DNA from: Macrostomum lignano
Taxonomy: Eukaryota
Assembly: GCA_002269645.1 (NCBI GenBank)
Contig: NIVC01004491.1
Span: 1-44,325, forward strand
Direction: 5' to 3'
Length of the DNA: 44,325 nt
Below, one piece after another: positions 34,110-44,325 of the stretch. Made by a program: the position numbers and the translations under genes. Each line of letters starts with the position of its first letter. Positions within the stretch are counted from its first letter, which is position 1. A model generated the notes under the pieces. That model saw only the letters and a list, made by a program, of their open reading frames with translations, had not been told where the DNA came from and made no database searches.

Positions 34110-35057
34110 TCATTACTCAAGTCCCTTAGCTAGTGCTCTATTCTCTACTCCTCAAGGCTCGAAATAAAAAAGCAGAACTCACGTGACAGATTGACCCGGG
34201 AGTTGACCCGAAGATACGGCCTCAACAGCCAAGCCTCGAAAACACTGATAATGAACGTCGCGGGCCCTTGCCTGAGGGCCTAAGATTTGAGCATTCTTCT
34301 ATTAGTATAGGCTTTATGCTTGTTGTAAAGCGTGTTGTAAACTTGTTACACTAAGCATTAGGAGTTTTCTACTCGCACACTTTTAAGAATACATTTAAAC
34401 TTGTATATTTTGAGCATAGCGCAAAAATCTTTCCTTTGAATCTAATTACTCATTATTTTGGCATCTGTATTGCTACACTTTCAGTCTGGCAAGGACGTAA
34501 GATGGCCAACAATTAAACCCAACGTAGAACTGGGATTGTATTTAATCAATGGAAATTGGAACGAAATTTTAAGCAAAAGCGACATTGACAAAATCGACCA
34601 TTATTTTGGCGGCAGATTTTCAGTCTGTGTCCAGTTGAATCATTTTGGATTAATTTAGACGAATAGTGAATTACAATCGCGATCAAAATTGACTCATTTG
34701 ATAATGAATGAGCCCAGGACATGCACTAGTGCGGACACTTGCAAAAGCTTACGGCAGATATTTTACAGTGACTGACAAAATAAACTGATCAAGCCACATA
34801 TGAAAATTAATTATTATAAAATTATCTACTTAGTAGAGCGTGACGTACATATCCATGTAGGCGTAAATTTTTTTTGTTTTTTTAGTCAGAAATATTTGTT
34901 TCTAGTTAATTGCGGTCGCAATCCAACTACATTGTATAATTTTTGTCAGCGCATTTCTGAGACTGAAATTAAACATAAAAAGTTGGAACCGCTGCTAACT
35001 TGGCAAGCATGACAGTGTCTGTTGCGGCTTGAAATAGGTTTGCACTAATTCAATCTT

Positions 35058-37226
35058 TTACACGAATGTCCCCTTCTCGCTGTTGGGCTCTCCGGTGGCG
35101 GATAGCATCGGGTCGGCGTAGTCATTGTCACGGATGGGCCTGGAATTCTTCGTGCTGGGACTGGCGCGATAGCTGTCCCACAGTTGCTTCACAACGTCGC
35201 TCACGACCGGGTCGCCGGCATTTTTGCTGATTATTCGTAGCACAAATGCGCCGTCAGCGCGCAGGTGCTCCTCCAGGAAGTCTCGGAGCATTCGGCGCTC
35301 CTGCTGGTCAGCCGGGGTGATGTACTTTTTAATGGTGGCGTATCGTCGCTTGGATAGCAGGGTCCACAGGAACCAGGCGATTGCGTCCACAATGGTGATG
35401 ATGGACACAAAGACGAACAGAAACCAAAGAAATATGTACGCCTGTCGTGTAATTGGCAGGTGGCTAGTATTAGACTAGGACACACATGAGAAGTTATGGC
35501 TACTGATTTCACGTTGATTAAACCCTTGATTAATTCTTCATATCGGCTATCGTAATTTTAACACCCTGTACTCTATGTAAAAACTTTTTATCCAAGGCTC
35601 ACCTTTTCGTTAAATAGGTTGACAACAAGAACGCATTGCAGGGTCCTCGGGTGCATATTTCCAAGCACTCGAATGTCAAAGTCGCACAGAGTTACTCTAG
35701 GAAAGTGCCCAGTGTGGTGCCAGTCACGATTGTTGATCAGATCATTCAGCACCTCCCAGCCGTAGAACTTGTAGTCCGTGCCAAGGAAGCTGTTGAGCAG
35801 GAAGAACTGGCCCACGACATTGGCGATAAACAGCAGCTTGATGCCGAGGTACATCATGGTGAGATAGTTGCCTGTCTTCGTGTAGCCGCAGAACAAGATG
35901 CGGAATATGAGTCGCTTCGTGCGCACAATAAGACCGTACTTCTGAGTGCGTTGCTTCACTATGGTGAGCTCGATGTGTCGCGTCAGCAAAGCAACTTTCT
36001 CCTGACGTTTCTGCTTATCATCCTCAAGGCAGTTTAAAGCGGTGGAAACCAGGTCGCTGATGTGAATTCCTGTGCAGTGGGTTGAAATATTGAGAGTTAT
36101 AGCGCGAGTTTATAGCTCAGTCGCTAGCATGCACATATTAGGTTATCTAGGCCCTACCTATGTGAATGTCATGTCTGAATTTGGCTTCCAAGACTCTTCT
36201 ATGAGCGTAATTGTCGGCTTTTACACTGAAGTACATATACCGGATGCTACAACTTACCGACCTGTAACTTTGTCACTAATTTTTACCCTAAATAGTACGA
36301 ATACACACGGTAATAGTAAATATTTATTAGTTTGAGTGGTTGTTCCAGCAATAATATTAATAATAATTAATTACACCTGTCCCAATTGGGCCAAATGTGC
36401 AACCGACAGCTCAGCCGCAGCTATTGCGCGGCGCATCTGAAGACTCCTACGCTGTTCAGTCCAAGGACTGGGGGGTCACCACACACAGCCTCAATTACCA
36501 CAGCTAATGCTGGTATCCATTTTACAGCTGGGTGAACTGAAGCAATGCAGAGTTAAGTGTCTTGCTCAAGGACACAAATTGTCCCAGTGGGATCGGGAAT
36601 CGAACCAACGAACTTCAAGTCGTGAGTCCGACGCTCTAACCACTAGGCTACAACCCCTTCAATCCAGCTGGCTACAATCCAGCAATAGAAACAAGCAGTC
36701 ATAGAGAGCGCGAGTTGTTTATGAGAAAAGCACACAAGCCATCTGTTCATTAGAATCCTGAACATTAACCAACGCATATTCTGGTCTGTATAACCGACAT
36801 GAACCTGTAATCGAGTTAGTCACCTGACTGCCAGTTCAGCAGCTTCCAAATCGCACTAGGCAAGTAGAACAGCAAAGCCTGCAGAGCCAGCACAAACGGC
36901 ACCCACTGGTAGTAGGTGAGCTCTTCTCTGCTCCGATCCAGTTTGTCGCTTGGAATCGACTCGTTCTCTGGCACATAGTAGGTGTTCTTCACCCAGCAGT
37001 AGTTCTCGGCGAATTGCTCCCAGCCGTCCTTGAACTCGGGCGGGATCCAGCACTGAACCGGATCTCCAACCAGGTACATTTTCGTGCCGATTATGGTCGA
37101 AATGAAGATTATAATAATCGGCGTATAGTACGAATTGATTCGGTCGACGGCATCCTCGTCGGAAATCCGGTGCTTGCGGCTGGTGAACTTCAGCTCCTTC
37201 ACCTTGTCAAAGAACCCCGTATCCAT
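35058..37226 (-). CDS. Innexin B, 417 aa, 3 exons
   Basis: Exons 37226-36824, 36069-35603, 35441-35058 (GT-AG; phases 1 and 0; 1254 nt). Signatures: DEDAVDR, CWIP..CWV, YYQWVPF, FYLP, FPRVTLCDF..CVLVVNLFNEK|AYIFLWF. Confidence 0.95.
36350..36657 (-). mobile_element. SINE family 1, copy 4 (in innexin B intron 1)
   Basis: Reverse complement of family 1; candidate TSD TCCAGCAATA at 36344-36353 and 36678-36687. Confidence 0.85.
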
Positions 37227-39704
37227 TTTCGATCAGAATTACCCCCTGACCTGACGCAGTTGCTCTGCTGTTGACGCCCTCTGCAGTTGCTCACCAGCTC
37301 TACAGGTCCACACGTGCTCCAGAAACTTAACTAGCAAGTATACTAGTTGCTCAGGAGTTCTCCTCAATTTAGGCAACAAAATGAAAAGCAATCTGCTGAT
37401 AAGAGCAGGCCTTTGGCATGTGAAATTCTCTGGAACTCCCTATCTGAATTTCTTTTTCTTTTCAAGTCCTCCAGCTGAGGCGCAGGCGCATGAGCCTGCG
37501 ACAGCTGCTCTTGCATTCGCTGAGATAGCGGGAGTGAAGACAGGCACACACAGCGCAGACAGCGAATCAATTCCTTGGAGGAGAGACAACAGAAAGAAAT
37601 GAAGCCTTCACGAATTTTCTTTCTTTCACTAAACGTACTCAAAAAAATTGAAGGCGTTAGGCTATCCATAAAGTCAAAGCATTTTGTTTCAGAGGCGCTG
37701 TGAGCAAGAATAATAAGGCAGACATCGATAAAGATTGATAAAGGAAATTAATTCAATGCAACTGTCAAAGATTAGGTGAACCTGCTGACAGGCTGCATTC
37801 AGACCTTCATTAGACCTTAAATTTGAAACGCCACGTTTCTCTAGCAGCAGTCACTGCCTGAGCCTAGCGGCGGCTGAGCATTTTAGTGAGTTTATTTTAG
37901 CCGTGAATATTACTCATTCGCGACACGCAGCCGCTTTTTGGTTGGGGTAGTCGGATTTTTCCATAAGCGTCAGTGCATTCAGTATGCAAATCAAAGCCTT
38001 CAAATTTCATGGGCATCGGCCATCACCCAGACGGAGCTTCTGGGCCTTCATCAGGTTTTACTATGTTTCTGGTACTGAGTAGTGTATTTAAAGTGTACAA
38101 ACTTTTTCTGGAGGCTACTCTATAGACTCAGTCAGTAGTAGGTTGCCAGTTATCCTCGTCACAACTCAAAGGGTCTCAAGAAAAGTGTCTACAAAACTGT
38201 TTGAGCTCCAGGGTAAATGGTGAGGAGCTATAAGGGGAATGCATGTCGCCTCAATCGAATCTTTGATTGCTTTTGGACTAATTTTCTTTGCGGTAGGAGG
38301 CTTTCAGTTTTCGCTTTTACGACTAATTTCTACTCATTAATAGATAAAAACTATATTTGTTAGAACTCGTCAGCATTCATTATATTTGCTGTTTATGTGT
38401 GAAAAAACAAGTCGTTAAATGGTTAGAGCTCGTCTTTCTGTACCATGAGAATAATTTTTTAATTTTTAGCAAATGTAGATTTTCTGAAAGCTCCCTCCAC
38501 TCCAAGGCCTGAAAACTGGCTAACTGCTCTAAGAAAGAAACTAGACTTCTCAAACTTTACCGTGCGCCAAATTTGCAGTGTTTTGCCTAATACTTATCTG
38601 TACAACTTTGCAGCTAGTCAGAGAGCTAGGGAGACAAAATGCCTGACATTGATATAAAGACAATACCAAAGTCATTGTTAACATTAGATAAAGCAATGGG
38701 CAAAGAAGTTCTCCAAGTTAGTTTTGTATATATTAAGTGGAAGTACTTGCACAACGGTCAGAGTGGTTTCTGTCACTTGAGTTCAATTCCGCTACTGTTA
38801 CAAGCCAACACTGCTCTCTTTGTATGGTTGCAGAAGCGGTTAAAATATCCTTCTCAGTCGCAAATGCACACAAAAATATTTAAAATCTGTCTTTTCATAG
38901 TAATAATACAGTAATATGCAGATCCTGACGAAAAAACAACAACATTTAATAGCAATTTGAACAAATCAGATAAACAAGTCAGAAAAAAATGAATAACATA
39001 ACTCTGGAGTACAAAAAACTCATTTAATAAATATGAGCACAAGGGGACAGAAATCCATAGCGAAAACATAGGGTCAGTTAGTGATGCTCACCTAAAAAGA
39101 ATAAATGAATGAAGGATGCCAGTAGCATTTGCAGTTAATGCCAACGCGTACACATCAATAAAATTTTCATAATCCGAATCGCGATCGATATTGAAAATGG
39201 TCATAATGTTGACAGCTCATTCTTAGCATCCAGTCATAAACATCGAGGGCAGTTTAATTTTTCAATCTAATCACTCAGGCCTGATCCAAAGATCATATGT
39301 ACACAAGATGGGCCACTCATTAACCGCTTATGTGGCCATTGAAGCCAATGCGAGAAATTCCTCAACTCGCGACAGCGCTAAAATCAACTACTGAACTCAA
39401 ATTCGTCAGTAGTCTCTGCAGTGCATGCATCATTCTTATTTTGATTGAGTAGGTTTATATTTAATTCATTAAAAAGTTCTATCACATTCTCAAAAATAGC
39501 GTCTATGTCCCTATGAGCTGTTGAACTCCAAATTTAAGCAACCCATGTCGTGCTTTTTTCGCATAAGTGACCAAAAACAGCGGTTGAACTTCCCTATACC
39601 CGCAATACAAAGTGCTGTATGGCCTGATCTAAGACCCAAAGACAAATTCTACACGACTTAGCTTGGGCTGCGTTACTCACGCCTGAGTTCATAGGTAAAA
39701 AGTT

Positions 39705-42700
39705 CTAGGTGTTCAGCTGACACAGGGCGCAGACACCCCGGTTAATCCAGTGAGTGGCCTCTCTGTCTGTCGGCAGGTCGATGCACAAGACGAAGTTGGT
39801 CGAATGTCCCGTGGTTGACAAGACGCCGCGTCGAATGAGGGTCTTGTAGACTGAAATTAATTTGTTCGGCGCATTTTTAAATCAAATATGCAGCGTGGCT
39901 AATGGTGTCATGTTGCTTTGTGTGATGGAAAGTAGAGAGCCAACCAATGCAACTATGCCACGATTGGAGCAAGATCTGAAGTCATGGAATCTCCATTCTA
40001 GCTCGTATTATTGAGGGAGATTGAAGAGCCAATCAGAAGGCAGAGAGAGAGAGAATAACAAGACTGAACTGGACAGTCGGGGGGGATAGAGAAAACAGAG
40101 AGTAGCTCGTAAACAGATCCAAGTGCAGATGAACTAAAAAATAACTAATAAAGTCTCGAAAACAGTCCATTAAGGCGTGAACTATTTTCATTGAGATTCA
40201 TTGAGATTTCATTGAGTTCTACAGAAATATTACTCCCTGTCTTCCACGATCTTTTCTTCCTTCAATCTTCGCAGTCATAATATGGCCAAAGAACTCCAGC
40301 TGTCGTCTCCGAATGTTTGCCATCAACTTCCTTCACCAACCAGCTCTTAGCAGAATACCTTCATTCTGTGAATTCTAAACATTCTTTCTAAACATAAACT
40401 TCGTCTTCATATTAAGTTCCCCATTTGTCAGGTTTTTCCTCATTCTGTTGAAAGGCATCCTTTACCATGCTGATTATCCGTTTGAAAGACTTGAAAAACT
40501 AAGAGCTTAAATAACGAATCGAAGGTATAACAGGATAACAGATACAGCATAAATCTCACCAGGACAAGAGTAGGTGCTCGCAGATGCACTGCTTGCAGAG
40601 CTGGACTCCGCCTTCTTCACTGGCATGAACAATATAACTGGCAGCTCAGCAAACAATATCTTAGGGTGGGACTCGGCCAACGAGTGTGACTCGCTGCACC
40701 ATCTGGCGCCTTCCAGGAACAAGCCTTTTACGTAGGCTCCAGCGGGCTAGAATGGTTTAGTTACAATTGACTGTTGAATATCACCATACTATCTAGATGG
40801 ATGTGGCGGATAGAACATTACCAGCTTCTTATTCCACAAGCACTTTTACGTACTTCATTTATAAAAAAGTATTGGCTTAGAGTCTTACTGAAAGTAGCAT
40901 TTATGTATTCTCCAAAATAATAAAAATAGAAATCTTTCAAAAGTTTTCCTAGAAAACACGATCAACCAGAAGTCGAGGCATGCTTCAGAACAGGGGCTGG
41001 CAAACTTGTATCTCAAGGGGCCAGATAAAGAACCTAAATCATTGCTGCGGGCCAGATAAGAGAGGAAGATGAAATAGAGGAGAGAGAAGGGGATAGAGAA
41101 TATGAGAGGCGAGAGGCGAGATGAGAGATGCAATGAGAGAATAGATGAGAGAGAAGATAAGAGGAGATAATAGAGGAAAGGAGAGGAGAGGAGGATGTGA
41201 GGAGAGGAGAGAAAAGAGAGAAGATGGGAGATAGGAGAGAACTGAGAAGAGAGATGAGAAGACAAAAGCTGTGAGGGGGCCGGATTGTTATTGTGAAGTT
41301 CCAAAGGACCCCTGGGCCGGATAGAGAGGCTTTGCGGGTTTCATGTGGCCTGCGGACCGGAGTTTGCCGACCCCTGCTTTAGAAGAAATGTCGAACAAAA
41401 TCAATGTATCCAGAAGCAGTAAAGGCTCGCATAATTCATTACCGGAGGCTCAATTGAGTCCTCGTGAGGTCCGAATTTCGTCACCAGGAAGTTCAGAGTC
41501 AGGTGGTCGATCGGTATCTGTTTTGTACGCGCAAAGTTCTGCAGCACTCCGGATAGGAAGGATTGGGTGAAGTAGAAACCGCTGATCCAGAACACGGACG
41601 GGGTACCAGAGTCGATCCAGTTCTATAAGAGTTTTTGCGATCGGATATCTTATCAGACTGAGATGCATCTTCGGATGGTGAAAAGCTATACGCAAAACGG
41701 AACACAAAAACCCAATTGATTTTTACTGACTAGAAGATAACGAAACAAACCTGAAGGAATGTTATCCTGTGCAGCAAATCGGTGATGTAGCTACCCAGAG
41801 GCTTGAGTGAAGGATAGCTCTTTTCAAGCCACATCTGCGGTATCTTGCCGAGTGTCATGCTGTCGAAGACCTCTTCTAATTCCGCGGACAGAATGATCAG
41901 GCCTTTCATGGCCTTCAGGAGAGCCTTCAGCGATTCGGTTATCACGTTAATCAGAACGTTGAACCGGATTAGCTCCTGGATTAGCACAGTGTTCATGCTC
42001 TCCTCGTACAGAACTGGGTGTTTCAGCTAAAAGAGAATTCGGAGTGAAAAATGCTTCAATTGCTGACTTTGACATCGCGTTCAGGAATGAAGCACGGATT
42101 TTGATCTTCTGCTCACCTGTGCATCGTCTACATCGAATGCGCCGGGCAGTTTGGCGAGAATCTCTGAGCTGATCTCTTCAATGAGCTGCTGACTGTCTGA
42201 GGCGCCAGCAACCTCGCGAGGCAGCGTTTTGAGAATCTGGTTGAATAACAGACTGGTCTCATTCTGCTCCTTTGTTATGTCGGCGTTGTCGTGAAGTCCG
42301 AATATCTGAAAAATATCATTAGCAATCATAATTAAGTTATGCAGAAATTACACAGCTTGTTAAATTTTGGTCAGAAGACATTAGGCATCGCCCTGTACCC
42401 ACTAATTATCTGCGCAAGGATTTTGTGTTTAGAACATGGATCGGCAAACTACGGCCCGCGGGCCACATGCGGCCCGAGAAGCCTCTCTATCGGCCCTCGG
42501 GTCCTTTGAATCCTCACAATAGCAATCCGGCCAGCTTTAAGGTTTTTGTCTTTTCTCCGCTCTCTGTCTCTCTTCTCTCATCTCTTCTTTCGATCTCCTC
42601 TCTCTCTTCTCTCTCCCCTTTTCTCTCATCTGTCATCTTCTATTCCCTCTCTTTTCTACTCTCATCTGGTCTGGCCGGCAGCCATGAGCTGGATTCTCCA

Positions 42701-43457
42701 TCTGGCCCTTGAAGTAATAAAAGTTTGCCGATCCCTTGGTTTATGCATTCCATGCATTCCATGCGTGCGAGTACATACTCATAAATTTAGTTTAATCCCC
42801 AAAGCGTGGCTGACGTTCAAGTTCCTACTACTCGGAAACCGAATAGTGGCTAGAGCATTAAAATTTGGCTTCAACTAGAACTCAATCAGGTTTTTGCCTA
42901 CCTCAGGCCTAGGATTCATAGGCAGCCTCTTGATGTGCTCTATACAAGCGTCAAACTCCGTACTGACAGGCAGTCCGTACAGTCCGCTATCGGTGAACTT
43001 GTACTCAACATCGCTGAGTAGCTGGTGATTGTAGAACTTGCCCAGCAGGCTCATGATCAGGCGCCTGTCCATGCTGTCCGACACTCGACCGCCGTAGTTG
43101 CACTCGCCCGCAAGGTAGGACAAAGCGTCCAGCGGTGGCTCGGCGTAGTCGCACACGAACATCTGAGGCGGAAGCGGCATTGGAAAATAGCTACGTTCAT
43201 GGGAAATGCTTGCGCAGAAAATACAAAGAATTTATATGGACTGCTGGTACTATGTAACTGGATGGAATGAAGAGAGGGAGGAATTATTCAAGGGAAAAGG
43301 AAGGGAAGCAAAATAACAAAGAAAATTCGGAAGGATAAAAGAAGGAAAGGAGGGAGGGAAGAAGGTTAGAGACCCATTCGCTGTCTCTGCGCTTTTTCAC
43401 TAATCTTTTTTAGTCACGGGTTTTTATGCTTCAAGTCTTTAAAATTTTACTGTACGA

Positions 43458-43548
<91 letters not shown>

Positions 43549-44325
43549 TTGCATCTGCACCAATTGGGTCATACGATCAACCGACAGCTCAGCCGCAGCT
43601 ATTGCGTGGCACATCTGAAGGCTACGTACGGCTGTTCAGTCCATGACTAGGAGGTCGCCACACAAGCCCTCAATTACCCCAGCTAATGCTGGCACCCATT
43701 TTACAGCTGAGGGACCTGAAACAATTTAGACTTCAATGTGTCTAGCTCAAGGACAAAGAAGAACAAATTGTTCCAGTGGGATCGGGAATCGAACCCCAAA
43801 CCTTCAAGTCGTGAGTCCGACGCTCAAACCACTAGGCTACAACCCCCCCTATACGGGGGTTACGAGTAGTAGGAGAGGTAACTACTTCCAGTTAATACTC
43901 ACATGCAACTGCCTGCAAGATATCTGCAAGTCGGAGTCGTTGAATTCGTACGGTATGTTCCATCCGAGCGGGCCGTACTTGCGCCTCTCTTGGATGAGCG
44001 CGTGAAAGAAGCACAGGCCGAAGAGCAGTTTCCGAAACACTTCCGGCTTGTTGCAGGTGTCATAGAAAGACGGATCGTTAATAGGGTGGCTCTGATATGA
44101 GCGCAGCAGGTTGGAACGCAGATTCATGGGCGTTTCATTCGTCATTTTCACCGCTCGCTGCAGAATGCTGACTGGGAAGTCTGGTGTTGGTAACTGGTAA
44201 GCCACAGTCGGAACTCTTTGTGCAGTCGGTCGGCATTCGTGATAAGAGAGTCAGATTTTTTCCAACTCCGGAAGCCACGACACGGCCAGATGGCAGTTTG
44301 CAGCACCACCGCAGCTGCCTGTCTT
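39705..44325 (-). CDS. Axonemal dynein heavy chain, 3' end (AAA6 and C-terminal domain), single-headed inner-arm type (DNAH3/7/12-like); partial, continues beyond the window
   Basis: Exons >44325-43903, 43162-42902, 42305-42117, 42026-41751, 41622-41443, 40746-40560, 39850-39705. Motifs [94 protein letters not shown]; several indels at 44189-44312. Confidence 0.93.
40991..41376. mobile_element. hAT (Charlie-like) MITE with internal GA-rich SSR, copy 1
   Basis: TIRs CAGGGGCTGGCAAAC / GTTTGCCGACCCCTG; TSD CTTCAGAA / CTTTAGAA (7 of 8). Confidence 0.85.
42435..42738. mobile_element. Same hAT MITE family, copy 2, opposite orientation, with internal CT-rich SSR
   Basis: TIRs CATGGATCGGCAAAC / GTTTGCCGATCCCTTG; its first ~100 nt are the reverse complement of the last ~100 nt of copy 1; degenerate TSD GTTTAGAA / GTTTATGC. 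Confidence 0.75.
43459..43546. repeat. (AAT)~29 microsatellite
   Basis: Perfect trinucleotide run forming the tail of SINE copy 5. Confidence 0.97.
43459..43846 (-). mobile_element. SINE family 1, copy 5, with expanded tail (dynein intron)
   Basis: Reverse complement of family 1 from about 43547 to 43846; tail expanded to (AAT)~29. Confidence 0.85.

Noticed and set aside
37226-39705. Dynein-innexin B operon or trans-spliced polycistron
   Set aside because: Same strand, but a 2.5-kb gap and no identifiable outron or SL signal; cannot be supported from sequence alone
39705-44325. Specific gene symbol (DNAH7, DNAH3 or DNAH12)
   Set aside because: The C-terminal motifs are shared across single-headed inner-arm dyneins; orthology needs a phylogeny

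Overview
Eukaryotic (metazoan, invertebrate) genomic DNA with GT-AG introns. There are no prokaryotic operons or CRISPR arrays. Innexins, an axonemal dynein, very dense minisatellites and scattered indel-type frameshifts suggest a long-read assembly of a ciliated invertebrate such as a free-living flatworm (Macrostomum-like); the species is an inference. Well-supported genes: two convergent 3-exon innexins (19458-21662 +, 35058-37226 -); a 4-exon C1GALT1/COSMC-family GT31 homolog between them (30306-33740 +) that lacks the DxD and C-terminal His metal ligands and carries a 1-nt frameshift; and the last 7 exons of a single-headed inner-arm-type dynein heavy chain (39705-44325 -). Two spliced orphan membrane-protein genes can also be assembled: a 2-TM protein (2050-3328 -) and a 165-aa type I protein ending in ESDV (25686-26628 +). 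The rest is repeats: five copies of a tRNA-headed CORE-like SINE, a second tRNA-headed SINE candidate, hAT/Harbinger/Tc1 MITEs and remnants, a LINE 3' fragment, and minisatellites of 15, 21, 34, 34 and 52 bp plus SSRs. All gene models and family assignments were made by eye, using reference motifs recalled from memory, and need database and RNA-seq confirmation.
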